This document shows, piece by piece, positions 10,091-19,695 of a stretch of 58,311 nt of DNA. The notes beneath the pieces are model-generated. The model made no database searches. It saw only the letters and a program-made list of their open reading frames with translations, and had not been told where the DNA came from. Numbering within the stretch: the first letter of the stretch is position 1; every line of letters starts with the position of its first letter. Source of the DNA: a virus. Lineage: Duplodnaviria; Caudoviricetes. Made by a program: the position numbers and the translations under genes. Location: positions 1-58,311 of the IMG/VR virus record IMGVR_UViG_3300009788_000113. One strand, 5' to 3'.

Positions 10091-10303
10091 TCACACACGA
10101 ATGTAACCGCTAGGATGGTCAGGCGGTGGTGATTTGTGTGTGCATGGGATACAGTCGCGCCACAACCACAATTCGCGCTGTTGCTTGTTGCAATAATCTG
10201 TTTTACCTCGATGAGGGAGAAGACCACGAGCTACGCAGTAGCCTTCGCGGTAGGCGCGTTCGGTGGCGGGGTCGGTCTTGGTGGAGGGCAGTTGGTACAC
10301 CAT
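10091..10303 (-). CDS. Hypothetical protein
   Basis: GGGAG SD; follows the 10305 stop. Confidence 0.45.
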   Translation of the reverse strand: MVYQLPSTKTDPATERAYREGYCVARGLLPHRGKTDYCNKQQRELWLWRDCIPCTHKSPPPDHPSGYIRV

Positions 10304-10304
10304 G

Positions 10305-10871
10305 TCAGGGCTCCCTTGTTTGAGTCCCATCCGATTCATTTGCTTTGGCGTGGACGAACATTTCTAGGTCTGGGAATTCTTTAAGGATCTGTTGGTTAGT
10401 GTGTTCGGTTAGTCCTATTCTGATATACTCCATGTGTACTTCTATTATTGACTGGTTTATGTTTCCAAGATCGCCTTCTTCGATTTGCTTCACAAAGTAC
10501 TCCTCTAGTTCTGCATCGCCGCATGCGCCAAGAAGTAATAAGGATGAAATGTTGGTCAATAACGGGAGTTCATTCGCGTATACTTCTCGAAGTCTGTCTG
10601 ACGATACATATAGTTGCCGAGGGCTCCATTTTGAAGTTCCGCTCACCCTCCACCAGTATGGAATTATTGCGGTTGCTGTGAGTAGCTGGTCGCTAGTTAT
10701 TAACGGATACCTTGAAAGGTCTGTGATCTTCGTTGGCTCGTTACTATCGTGGTTGTTGATGATGAACGTGAAATCCATTGACACTGGGATGTCTTTGTCT
10801 TCTGCTGCTGACTTTCTTAAAACTGCCACCGCGATGTTTAGTGTCTTGAATGGTAGATCGTTTATGTTCAT
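10305..10871 (-). CDS. AT-rich hypothetical protein (moron)
   Basis: 188-aa ORF coupled to groES; motif copy at its 3' end. Confidence 0.65.
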   Translation of the reverse strand: MNINDLPFKTLNIAVAVLRKSAAEDKDIPVSMDFTFIINNHDSNEPTKITDLSRYPLITSDQLLTATAIIPYWWRVSGTSKWSPRQLYVSSDRLREVYANELPLLTNISSLLLLGACGDAELEEYFVKQIEEGDLGNINQSIIEVHMEYIRIGLTEHTNQQILKEFPDLEMFVHAKANESDGTQTREP

Positions 10872-11227
10872 GGCGATGGTTCCTGTGGGGGGAGGATGAG
10901 GAGGATTTCGGGTTCGGTTAGGACTTTGTACTCTTGCTCGTCGATCGTGATATCGACGCCCGCGTAGCGAGAGTAGACGACGCGATCACCCACGGAGATC
11001 GTCATGGGGCGGTGCCAAGTTCGAGGTTGTGCAATGTTTGAATCGGCAGCGGTTTCGAGGTGGAGGCCGGGGCCGCAGGAGAGGACGGTGCCGATGGTGG
11101 GCTTCTGCTGGGAGTCCTTGGGGATGTGGAGCGCGCCCGCCATAGTTTCGGCGTCGTCTTCGCGGAGGAGGACGTTGTTCGAGAGGAGGCGCAGGGCGGC
11201 GGGGAGCGAGGGGGTGTCATGGGACAT
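10868..11227 (-). CDS. groES: Co-chaperonin GroES
   Basis: LRLLSNNVLL...AGALHIP...GTVLSCGPG...VGDRVVYSRYAGVDITIDEQEYKVLTEPEIL matches the Cpn10 pattern. Confidence 0.92.
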   Translation of the reverse strand: MSHDTPSLPAALRLLSNNVLLREDDAETMAGALHIPKDSQQKPTIGTVLSCGPGLHLETAADSNIAQPRTWHRPMTISVGDRVVYSRYAGVDITIDEQEYKVLTEPEILLILPPQEPSP

Positions 11228-11444
11228 TTTCGAGGTTCGTCCTTTCTGGAATGATCGTGACCGTGAAGCCGCTTATGTAGACGGGGGTGTTGGGATGGGC
11301 GGCGTCGATTTCAGTGTAAGCGGCGTTAAAGACTTGCTTGAGTGTGGTGGTGTGGAGAAGGGAAGTGGCGTCCACAGCCTTGTGGTGTGTGAGCACTTCG
11401 GAGCCAGTGGTGAAGTGGACTACGACCTTTGCGGAGGGGGGCAT
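11217..11444 (-). CDS. Hypothetical protein
   Basis: Tightly packed ORF with GAGGAG SD. Confidence 0.6.
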   Translation of the reverse strand: MPPSAKVVVHFTTGSEVLTHHKAVDATSLLHTTTLKQVFNAAYTEIDAAHPNTPVYISGFTVTIIPERTNLENVP

Positions 11445-11445
11445 G

Positions 11446-11793
11446 TCAAGGCTCCTCTACTGGTAGCTTGTCTCTCCATGCGAGTTGTTTATTCATTGCT
11501 TCCTTGGCTTTCTCGTAAGAAACAGTGATAGCTTCGGCAGCTTCAACAAGTCCTAACTTGTCAACACGACTAGCTTTGCACATGATATTAGTGAAAAGGG
11601 CTTGATTGCTGAACACCATGTATATGACATCCCCTTCTGCAATCTTCTTATTAGTAAGAGGGCAAACATCTGTTTGCTTCATTATAACTCGTTGTTTAGC
11701 AAATTTAGCATTGTAGTCCATACTGCGAAACCAGACGGGTTTATCGCGGCAGGTTATTCGCGTTAGGTCAGATGATACGGTTTCGGACGGCAT
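11446..11793 (-). CDS. AT-rich hypothetical protein
   Basis: GGAG SD; tight packing. Confidence 0.6.
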   Translation of the reverse strand: MPSETVSSDLTRITCRDKPVWFRSMDYNAKFAKQRVIMKQTDVCPLTNKKIAEGDVIYMVFSNQALFTNIMCKASRVDKLGLVEAAEAITVSYEKAKEAMNKQLAWRDKLPVEEP

Positions 11794-11805
11794 GTGTGGG
11801 CTCCG

Positions 11806-12372
11806 TCAAGCGGGGTTGAACAGAGGGATGAACAATTGTAGCTTTCCGAGGGTGGGGATGCGCAGGGACGCGCCCCGGCGGCGGGGGAGGAGGCGTTCTG
11901 AGAGCCAGCGGCCCTTCGTGTGGGGGTTCCCGTACTTGGAGAAGATGGCGCGCATGTGGATGGGCAGGAGACGCGCGCGGAGGGAGGATAGGGCGTCGTC
12001 GCGGACGTTCCATGTGGACTGGAGGGGAATGGATATGAGCCATTCGAGCTTGTAGGGCCGGGGCTCGTATTCGGCGAGGCGGGAGGAGTGCGTGTCGTAG
12101 TTGGGGGATGGCTCGGTGGGGGCGTAGGAGAAGGAGAAGACGAGCCAGGGGTGGAAGCCCGATGCGTGGGGCTGCTCCATCATGCCCAGCGCGGCGCGGC
12201 CGTTCACGCGGTAGTTCGTGGAGCGACATTTATCGGATGGGACTTTCATGCGCGGGGCGTGTTGGATGGGGGACGTGATGATCTCGATGGGCGAGCCGTA
12301 ATCGACACGCTCGACATTGTGAACAGGGCGGATATTCGCCTCACACTTAGCCTCGAACAAAGGTTCTTTCAC
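11806..12372 (-). CDS. Hypothetical protein
   Basis: Fills the gap between neighbours; contains a motif copy at 12232. Confidence 0.55.
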   Translation of the reverse strand: MKEPLFEAKCEANIRPVHNVERVDYGSPIEIITSPIQHAPRMKVPSDKCRSTNYRVNGRAALGMMEQPHASGFHPWLVFSFSYAPTEPSPNYDTHSSRLAEYEPRPYKLEWLISIPLQSTWNVRDDALSSLRARLLPIHMRAIFSKYGNPHTKGRWLSERLLPRRRGASLRIPTLGKLQLFIPLFNPA

Positions 12373-12600
12373 TTAGGCTTCCTTGAGGGGTGGGTTGTCT
12401 GCGAGCCATTTCTTTGCTTTCACGAGGGCGCAGCCCTCTTTGTGCGGGAAACCTTCACCCATATATGTTCTTATTGCGCCACACGTTCCACAGATATAAT
12501 TATAATTAGAATTAGGATCAGAAGGCGTAACAGTAGGATCACGAGTCATAGCTTCTAGTAGTTCGCGTAGTTCCGCAATCTCTGCTTCTGCATTTTTCAT
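12373..12600 (-). CDS. Small Zn-binding hypothetical protein
   Basis: CxxC...HxxxC; AGGAG SD before MKNAEA. Confidence 0.55.
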   Translation of the reverse strand: MKNAEAEIAELRELLEAMTRDPTVTPSDPNSNYNYICGTCGAIRTYMGEGFPHKEGCALVKAKKWLADNPPLKEA

Positions 12601-12721
12601 TCGAGGGCTCCTGTGTTGGGGGGAAACCAACGCCCGCCGGGGAGGGCGAGCGCCGGGGGACCGAGTTTCGCGCCGTAGGGCGCGCAGGGGTTCGGTCCAT
12701 TGGCCCCTTCCCACAGGCCCT

Positions 12722-13291
12722 CTATCCGGCGATGAGTTCTTGGATGAAGTCTTCCTTGTCCCTGCGCTTGCGCACGGTGTCGCCCTGTTTCTTTTCAGTG
12801 TCGCGGATGTTCTGCTTGAGGCGGACCTGGACGATGGATTGGGCGGCCTCTGCTTCGTCGAGTTTGGTCTGGACGAAGGCGACTGCCTGTTCGATGTCGG
12901 GGCTCTCTTCGCCGGTGAAGCCCTTGAGGCAGCCCTTGAGGCGGTCGCGCGAGATGCGCACGCGGATTTGTTGATTGGAGGGGAGGGCGGCTTCGGCGGA
13001 TTCGTCGATGGGGAGGATCATCGGCTGGCCCTTGAAGGTTAGTTCGCCTACGTTGGGGTCGTCCGCGTAGCGGTAGTGGAACTGGAAGACGATGGCGGGG
13101 AGTTCTTGGGCGGGGTTGCCGTGGCGGAAGGTGCCATCTTCGGCGGTGAAGGCAACGAGGTCGGCGGTGTATTCCTTTTCGCCGGGGCCTTCGTCTTCGT
13201 AGGGCCACTTGCCGAGGCCGCCGTAGCCCATGTTGGCGTTGGCGGTGTTGAAGCGGGCGACGAGTTTGCCGAGGGATGCGGATACGCTCAT
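12722..13291 (-). CDS. Putative single-stranded DNA-binding protein
   Basis: Directly downstream of the Sak4-like ATPase, typical size, beta-rich; the Sak4-SSB pairing is established synteny. Confidence 0.55.
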   Translation of the reverse strand: MSVSASLGKLVARFNTANANMGYGGLGKWPYEDEGPGEKEYTADLVAFTAEDGTFRHGNPAQELPAIVFQFHYRYADDPNVGELTFKGQPMILPIDESAEAALPSNQQIRVRISRDRLKGCLKGFTGEESPDIEQAVAFVQTKLDEAEAAQSIVQVRLKQNIRDTEKKQGDTVRKRRDKEDFIQELIAG

Positions 13292-14298
13292 GCGGGTTCT
13301 CCTTCTGGTTGGATCATTCGGTTGCGGGCCTTTGAGTATTCGTCTTCGAGTTGCGTCCATGCGTCACGAGATGAGAGCTTGAGGTCGGAGGTGAAGGCGA
13401 CGCGGCGCTTGGCGGCGTTGCGTTGGTCGATGTGCTCGAAGGTGAGGTAGTGAACGGGGCGTGTGCCTGATTCTCTTCGTGTGCGGGGTTTTCCGTTGCC
13501 GAGTAACTTGGGGGTGCCGTCGAGGTTCTTGACTGCGACATCTTCTTGGAAGGATTCGCGGCGGACTTCGACGACGGCGACGAAGGAGCAGACAGGGTAG
13601 ATGCGGTTCCAGAGCTTGTCGGAGATGGTGGGCACGTTCTCTATGTAGCGGCGGTGCTCGCCCTCGCCCTCGATCTTGTCGCCGAAGTGGACGACGTAAC
13701 AGACGCCATAGCCCTTGGAGTGGAGTTCGATACCGAAGTCGAGGAGGTGATCGTAGATGGTGCCCCATGCCTGCTGGCCGTGGAGTTCGCCGAAGGTTTG
13801 CTTGCCGAAATATTCTGTGACCCAGGGCTTGCACATGCGGATGCAGGTGGTGAGTGTGTCTATGACGATTATCTTGGGGCGGGCGGGGTCGTTGTCGTCC
13901 GCCATCTGTTCGAGGATCTTCTTCTGTTCGAGGAAGGCGTTCCAAGTGGCTTTTACTCGTTTGAGGTGGACGGGAAAACCTTGTTGATCGGAGAGTTCCT
14001 TGTCCTCGTAGGAGTCTTGTTCGCCCGGGTTAGCGCCCTCGGCGGGGTTGCCCTCGGTGTCGAAGCCGGGCCACATCGTCGCGCGGTAGGTGGGGGTGGT
14101 GACGCCGGAGAGGTCGGTGTTGAATATGTAGGCGTCGGGGCATGATTGGAGGAGGGCGGACTTGCCCGAGGAGGATGCGCCGCCGATGACCATGAGTTGG
14201 TTGTGGAGCGGGGGGCACATGAAGATGCCGCCGCCTACGCCACGGAGCTTCCCATACTTCTGCGCGATGGTCTTGCCATGCTCAAGCGTCTGCGTCAT
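13288..14298 (-). CDS. AAA_24/Sak4-like P-loop ATPase (single-strand annealing recombinase)
   Basis: Walker A GASSSGKS, Walker B IIVIDTLT, WGTIY and VCYVVH motifs. Confidence 0.78.
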   Translation of the reverse strand: MTQTLEHGKTIAQKYGKLRGVGGGIFMCPPLHNQLMVIGGASSSGKSALLQSCPDAYIFNTDLSGVTTPTYRATMWPGFDTEGNPAEGANPGEQDSYEDKELSDQQGFPVHLKRVKATWNAFLEQKKILEQMADDNDPARPKIIVIDTLTTCIRMCKPWVTEYFGKQTFGELHGQQAWGTIYDHLLDFGIELHSKGYGVCYVVHFGDKIEGEGEHRRYIENVPTISDKLWNRIYPVCSFVAVVEVRRESFQEDVAVKNLDGTPKLLGNGKPRTRRESGTRPVHYLTFEHIDQRNAAKRRVAFTSDLKLSSRDAWTQLEDEYSKARNRMIQPEGEPA

Positions 14299-14635
14299 TA
14301 TTATCCTCCGTACACATATCTTTGATTCGGCCTTCTATTTCTTCCATTGACTCTTCGATTCGTAGGTATCTAAACTTAGAGTCTGTTGTGTCTAACCTTA
14401 CTACCGCTTTTGCACTAGGATAGAACTTTCTATCCCAATCGTTAGTTCCAAGTGGTTCACCTGTTTCGTTTTTTGTAGATATAGAAGTGACTTTATGGAT
14501 TGGAATCATCGTTATAACTCCAGGTTGTGGAATGACCGCCCAATCAGTGGAGCCAAGGTCATCTTTGGTTTTTATTTCGTCTGAATATTTACTCACCATA
14601 GCTTCGGTGACATAAACAAAGATGTTATTCATCAC
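14282..14635 (-). CDS. AT-rich hypothetical protein
   Basis: Overlaps both neighbours; GGAGG SD. Confidence 0.55.
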   Translation of the reverse strand: MMNNIFVYVTEAMVSKYSDEIKTKDDLGSTDWAVIPQPGVITMIPIHKVTSISTKNETGEPLGTNDWDRKFYPSAKAVVRLDTTDSKFRYLRIEESMEEIEGRIKDMCTEDNNDADA

Positions 14636-14870
14636 TCGCCTCCTCGATGAGCTTCTTGATCTGTGCGGGAGTTTCGTCGAAACATACTTCGTGGTCGTGC
14701 CCTCGCATTAAGAGTGAGGAACTGAGCTTTGGATATGCAGGAGCAGTATCTGTTTCACAATAAGTTTCGATGCAAAGAATTTCTGAAGTCCTGACTTCTG
14801 TCGTTGCACGGTGTTTGCGAAGGTGAGCGTAAATGTGTCCTGTTCTATGCAATGTGATAAACCTGGCCAT
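14625..14870 (-). CDS. Hypothetical protein
   Basis: MARFITL start coupled to the upstream stop. Confidence 0.55.
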   Translation of the reverse strand: MARFITLHRTGHIYAHLRKHRATTEVRTSEILCIETYCETDTAPAYPKLSSSLLMRGHDHEVCFDETPAQIKKLIEEASDE

Positions 14871-15220
14871 CACTCCCCCTCCTCTTGCGCTGGCAGCCCG
14901 TCCGCGAGGCGGAGGGCCTCGCGGGCAGAATAAACAATTAGTGCTCGCATTCTGTCGCCAGGCGGAGCACCATGCGCCACAAGAAGTTGCAGCGCGCCGT
15001 ACATGGCGAGGCAACATTTGTGTGAACGATTGATAAGTTCTATAGTTGCTTGGTCCTTGTTTGCGACTCCTGTATTGCCTAGTCCGGATATTGAGATGCC
15101 ATTGGTGACTTCTATTCGCGTGTTTCCAGCTACGCTTGCGACTTTCCATTTTCCAATGGTGGCTTGTTCATACAATTCCGGTAGTGTTCGCCACTTGGGC
15201 TTCGTCTGTGTGTCGTGCAT
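14870..15220 (-). CDS. Hypothetical protein
   Basis: GGAG SD; tight packing. Confidence 0.55.
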   Translation of the reverse strand: MHDTQTKPKWRTLPELYEQATIGKWKVASVAGNTRIEVTNGISISGLGNTGVANKDQATIELINRSHKCCLAMYGALQLLVAHGAPPGDRMRALIVYSAREALRLADGLPAQEEGE

Positions 15221-15247
15221 GAGGGGGCTCCGTGGGAAGGGAGGGGG

Positions 15248-15517
15248 TTATTCAGTGGGGGGAGCGGAGGGGGGTTCGATGGTTTGGAGGGTGGCCTTGC
15301 GCTGGAAGGCGAAGCCGCAGAGCGCGAGCCATGTGCGGAAGCGCGCGATGGCGGGCTTGGAGCCCGTGCGCGCGGTGAAGGCGTCGCGCAGTTCGGTGAT
15401 GGAGTCGAACTCCTGGGTCTTGCACAGATCGTCGATGTGGGGCTTGATTGAATCGCGGATGATCTCGGGCATGAAGGGGCCGAGGGGGTCGTGGTAGGTG
15501 CGGGATGGGTTGGTCAT
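15248..15517 (-). CDS. Hypothetical protein (possible small DNA-binding)
   Basis: Coupled to the nuclease stop. Confidence 0.55.
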   Translation of the reverse strand: MTNPSRTYHDPLGPFMPEIIRDSIKPHIDDLCKTQEFDSITELRDAFTARTGSKPAIARFRTWLALCGFAFQRKATLQTIEPPSAPPTE

Positions 15518-16917
15518 TGGGGGGAGTCCTCTTTGTCTGTGGCGGCATCCTCTTCTTCACGCGAGCGTTGGATGAAGCCTTCTCGAAGGATGATCTCGGG
15601 CCAGTCGCGGACGGGGCAGACGTAGAAGGGGGCGTAGGGGGAGAGGGAGGAGTGGTGGGAGGTCATGCCGGAGCCGACCCGTGGGAAGTTCATTGGGAAA
15701 GGTTTGGCTGTGGCGAGCGAGTAGACACGGGCGGTGTTGTCAAGATACTCGCCCTCAGCGTCCTCGTCAAGTTCGGTGATGGGCGTGATCGAGACGTTGA
15801 AGGTGGGCTGGGCCTCGCGGAGAGGGGCTTCGTCGAGGTAATCGCCCTCGCCCTTGTACCATTCGAGGCAGCGCTTGAGGAAGAGGTGACGCGAGGGCTC
15901 GCCGTGGAACACCTTGGTAGGTTTCTTGTTGGTGTAACTATGCAGATACTCTGTAGCGAGGCTTTCGTTAGTGTGGAATAAATTCTTCGACTTGGGCGGT
16001 TTTCTTACGCCTATCAAACTAAATGTTACTTCCCAACGATTATTACGAAAATGGATTTCGCCGGAGATGCCGGAGCGTTTGCCTTCGGAGATGTAGTGGT
16101 AGGGGCGGTCGCGTTGGCCGAATTTGATGGTGGGCTTCTGGATGGCGATGTGCATCATGCCGCCGCACTTGGCGGAGGAGGGGAGGTGGTAGCGGTCTTG
16201 GATCACGCCTTCTTGGATAAGGTAATAGAGGATGTAGAGGTAGTGGCGGGTTTGGTTTTCGATGGTGCAGGTCTGGAGGCGGTCGTGAGTGGAGGACGTG
16301 CAGGTTTTCCAGTCGAGGATCCAGATGCGATTCGTTTTGTGGTTGTAGACGAGGCGGTCGATGCGGCAGACGAGGGGACACTTGGGGAAGTTGGCGTGAT
16401 CGGTGTATGAGAGGGAGACCTCGGTGGCGAGGGTCTGGAAGTTGGGGCGATCCAAGTAGGGGAGGATGCCGCAGGCGAGCGAGGGGGAGGGGTGGGAGCG
16501 GAGGGAGGTTACGGCCTCGAAGTAGGCCCACGCGGCGTGCGCGGCGCGTTCTTCGCGCAAGAGGAGGTCGTGCATTTTATCGGATGGGACTTGTCGGGAG
16601 GTGCAGAGGCCACGGAGTTCGTCGAGGCGGGCGGTGAGAGCGGTGGACATGAGGCGGTGGACTTCGGAGGCGTCGCGGTCGTAGTGCTCGGCGCGGGCGT
16701 GGAACCACGAGCCGTGGGAGAGGGCGGCGGACCACGAGAGGAAGTGGGCGAGGTTGAGGCGGCGAGTGAGGTAGTATTTGAAGGGGTCGGCGGAGAGGGA
16801 GAGGTCGGAGGAGTGGATGTGGGGGACGGCGGTGTAGAGGCCGTGGGCTTCGAGGTAGCGCTGGGCGTCGAGGGCGCGATCGAGGGGGGGATCAATGGAG
16901 AGGGGGGTGGGGGGCAT
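15514..16917 (-). CDS. PD-(D/E)XK (RecB/Cas4-like) exonuclease
   Basis: GSWFH, RIDRL...WILDWKT and QTRHY motifs; next to Sak4 and SSB. Confidence 0.8.
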   Translation of the reverse strand: MPPTPLSIDPPLDRALDAQRYLEAHGLYTAVPHIHSSDLSLSADPFKYYLTRRLNLAHFLSWSAALSHGSWFHARAEHYDRDASEVHRLMSTALTARLDELRGLCTSRQVPSDKMHDLLLREERAAHAAWAYFEAVTSLRSHPSPSLACGILPYLDRPNFQTLATEVSLSYTDHANFPKCPLVCRIDRLVYNHKTNRIWILDWKTCTSSTHDRLQTCTIENQTRHYLYILYYLIQEGVIQDRYHLPSSAKCGGMMHIAIQKPTIKFGQRDRPYHYISEGKRSGISGEIHFRNNRWEVTFSLIGVRKPPKSKNLFHTNESLATEYLHSYTNKKPTKVFHGEPSRHLFLKRCLEWYKGEGDYLDEAPLREAQPTFNVSITPITELDEDAEGEYLDNTARVYSLATAKPFPMNFPRVGSGMTSHHSSLSPYAPFYVCPVRDWPEIILREGFIQRSREEEDAATDKEDSPQ

Positions 16918-16941
16918 GGGTGGCGGTTCCTGAGCGAGAGG

Positions 16942-19218
16942 TTAGCCAAAGAGGCGGAGGGCGCGGCCCCGGTGCTTTACGCCGGGGCCAGAGAGATCAC
17001 CATAGTCAGTTGTGGTGGCGGAGACAACCACGACTTGCAAAGCTCCGGCTGCCCCTGTCCCATCGTCGGGAATGGTAGTGCCGTCGAAGTCGATTATGGC
17101 GACGCGCTCGCCTGTGGGGATGCGAGAGAGCAGTGCGCCTACGGGGTGATAGTCGCCGTTGCCCGCACCACCACCGGAGAGGGATTGGTCATCGACGAAG
17201 ACTGCCGGGGGTGGGTCGTCCTGTGTGTTGTCGATGCCCGGGAACTCGCCGGGGAAGCCCGAGAGTTCGTAGTTGTTGCCTACGAATCCAACGCCGAAGC
17301 CTACAGGCCATGAGCCGATGCGGTTGGCGTTGCCGGTGCCGAAGGTGTCATCTTTGTTGTTCCAGTCGCGCATGTGGTTGAACTTCTGTAACCAGTTGAA
17401 ATGGTTGACGGCGGAAGTGCCGACATCGTTGTACCCGAAGTTTTCGCGCTCACCCACAAATGTGTTGTGAGCAAGGATGATGTGTTCGCTGGCAACAGAG
17501 CCCGTAACACCCGCGATCTCAGTGAGTGGGTTGGTGCCCGTCTTCCACTCGAACAGATTGCCAATGACAACCGCGCCCGTGGCGATGGCCACAGCATTGC
17601 CCAGGAGCAGGATTCTAGCATTTCGTTCGTTGGCGACAACTTTATTGAATATGCAAAGAGCGTTGTCTATCTCTGGTGCGGGATTCAATGCGGCTGATTG
17701 CTGTTGAGAAATCGTCACAGGCCCCGTCACAAGATTGCACACAAACCGGGCGTTGGAATCTACGTTGGCGGCGGTTGTGGATTCGGCTATCACATTTCCG
17801 TCATACACGGAAGCCGTCCGAGATGTAGAGAAAGACGCTATTCCGTGATTAAAGTCGCTTAGGTCACCTTCGTTGTTGATATACCAAGTACCCTGACTCA
17901 GATGCCCCGGTCCAGCTGAAGTGCTGGCAGCCCCGCTAACATTCCATAGACATCCAACATAAGAAATCTTGTTCAGGTTCGAGCCATCTACAAATCCCGC
18001 CGCAGCGTCACGGTGGATAGAATTCCCCATATACATGAGCCGCTCGGTGTTGTATGCTTTTATGCCGCTGCTTATCTGGAGGATTGCGCCTGCTTGGTTC
18101 GTTGATGAATGAGGCTCCGCAGTAATGTTAAACGCGGTGGTCACACGGGGAGACGGGGCAACACCAATCAACTTGTGCGTGCCAGCTTTCACGAACACTC
18201 TGAGCGCGGTGGCTGGTGTTCCGCCTCCTGTACTGGCGTCTATGGCTCCGCCAATCGTTAAGAAGGGGGCGGCTTCGGCAGCAGCGAGCGTGCCCACGAT
18301 GCCCGTCGCATCAACGCCCGCTGTGTCTACCACTGCGATCAGGCTGGTGGTGATTGCATCGTCCTTGTCGCAAGTCACGTCGATCTCGGTCCAACCCAAA
18401 TACTCCTGCGCCAATATCTCCGCCGCCAGGGACAGGTCGTTCGTGTCTAAGACGCTCGCCGCGTCGCCAACCACAGGAAAGACGCGGTAGCGGCAGGTGA
18501 TCTGCTCGGCTTGGGTAAACGCCGCTATGGGTATGGTGGCGTGGTATGCCTCGGCGAAGAGCCCTGAAGCTGTTCGCTGAGTCGCCGTCTTGCTGGTGAT
18601 TGTCAAAGTCTCGTTGTTCAGGCTGGTCACGCCGTCCGCGTCGAAGATGACTGCGGCTACGCCGAAGCGGTGGTATGCGTTGCAGGCCAACGTAAAATCG
18701 GCAAGGACGCGAGTGAAGCCGTGCGTGCCCGCGTAATAGTCCCACTGGCCGAGCGCCTTGGGGTAGATGACTACAGAATTGTTCGTCACCGCAAGGTCTG
18801 TGACGGGCTGGCTGTTCGATTCGGGGTCGATGGGGTTGTTGTACCAGTTCGCCGCGATGGTTACGGTGGGCGCAGTGCCGCTCTTACCCGCCCCCGTGTT
18901 GTCGTCGAAATACACAAACTCCGAAAGCGAAATTCGAGCCGTCATCTGGGCGGCGATGGGCGTATCGTCTATCTCGTCGAGGTTGGCCTCGTTGGGGAAC
19001 GCCAGCCGCATGATGCTCGTGCCCTGAACAGTGCGGACCACTGTTCCCAAGACTCCGGTCGCGTCGAAGCCCTCGCTGGTGACTGTGAGCGTGAAATTGG
19101 CGGCGCTGGGGAGGGTTCCGAAGGCATAAGTGCCGCCCGGCGTCATGTTGTCAATGACCACATCGACGGAGAAGCCGTCATTCCGCACCGTCACGCTGAG
19201 AATGTCGCCGTTGGCCAT
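16942..19218 (-). CDS. Putative tailspike/receptor-binding protein with parallel beta-helix (758 aa)
   Basis: Asn/Gly/Thr-rich with repeated 'xxNxF/V' turns (VIGNLF, AHNTF, VGNNY) and GDYHP; composition differs from flanks. Confidence 0.65.
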   Translation of the reverse strand: MANGDILSVTVRNDGFSVDVVIDNMTPGGTYAFGTLPSAANFTLTVTSEGFDATGVLGTVVRTVQGTSIMRLAFPNEANLDEIDDTPIAAQMTARISLSEFVYFDDNTGAGKSGTAPTVTIAANWYNNPIDPESNSQPVTDLAVTNNSVVIYPKALGQWDYYAGTHGFTRVLADFTLACNAYHRFGVAAVIFDADGVTSLNNETLTITSKTATQRTASGLFAEAYHATIPIAAFTQAEQITCRYRVFPVVGDAASVLDTNDLSLAAEILAQEYLGWTEIDVTCDKDDAITTSLIAVVDTAGVDATGIVGTLAAAEAAPFLTIGGAIDASTGGGTPATALRVFVKAGTHKLIGVAPSPRVTTAFNITAEPHSSTNQAGAILQISSGIKAYNTERLMYMGNSIHRDAAAGFVDGSNLNKISYVGCLWNVSGAASTSAGPGHLSQGTWYINNEGDLSDFNHGIASFSTSRTASVYDGNVIAESTTAANVDSNARFVCNLVTGPVTISQQQSAALNPAPEIDNALCIFNKVVANERNARILLLGNAVAIATGAVVIGNLFEWKTGTNPLTEIAGVTGSVASEHIILAHNTFVGERENFGYNDVGTSAVNHFNWLQKFNHMRDWNNKDDTFGTGNANRIGSWPVGFGVGFVGNNYELSGFPGEFPGIDNTQDDPPPAVFVDDQSLSGGGAGNGDYHPVGALLSRIPTGERVAIIDFDGTTIPDDGTGAAGALQVVVVSATTTDYGDLSGPGVKHRGRALRLFG

Positions 19219-19380
19219 AAGCGTCCTAGTATATGAAACTCCCGCCCCGCCGGTGGAGGGCGAGACGAGAGTGGAGGAGAGAGAACTACTAGGCTCTAAA
19301 TGAGGCCGCCGAGCATGGCGTGCTTGGCGACCCCTATCGGATGGGACTCTCAGCGCCCAAGGGCTGCGTCCCTGGACTGA

Positions 19381-19680
19381 CTACTGAACAGTCGCTGCGG
19401 GTTGCACCGTGTCAGCTAGAGGCGGCGAAGTGTGTACAGCCATGCTGCCTATGGGCATGGCTGCGGCCATGTGGCCAGTTGTCCGAACTTCAGAAGGTGG
19501 TGCGCGGTGTTCGCTCTTGGAGAGGCCGCGCGAGATGGTGTAGCCTGTGCCCGCGCCTACGGCGGCGAGGATGCTCTCGAAGTCGAGGCCCAAAGTTTCT
19601 TGGAGGATGATGAGGCCGATGAGGACAATTGTGATGATGAATTCTGAGGTCTTTAGCCCCGAGGAAAGGTTTCCAAACAT
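19381..19680 (-). CDS. Putative holin
   Basis: Two hydrophobic segments with the KTSEF...YTISRGLSK pattern; AGGAG SD. Confidence 0.6.
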   Translation of the reverse strand: MFGNLSSGLKTSEFIITIVLIGLIILQETLGLDFESILAAVGAGTGYTISRGLSKSEHRAPPSEVRTTGHMAAAMPIGSMAVHTSPPLADTVQPAATVQ

Positions 19681-19695
19681 GGCGGTTGTCTCCTG

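Noticed and set aside
15514-16917. Nuclease as a CRISPR Cas4
   Set aside because: No cas operon or array and no clear four-Cys cluster; the Sak4/SSB context indicates a recombination exonuclease.
16942-19218. Diversity-generating retroelement or invertible tail-fibre system
   Set aside because: No reverse transcriptase, template/variable repeat pair or invertase was recognised.
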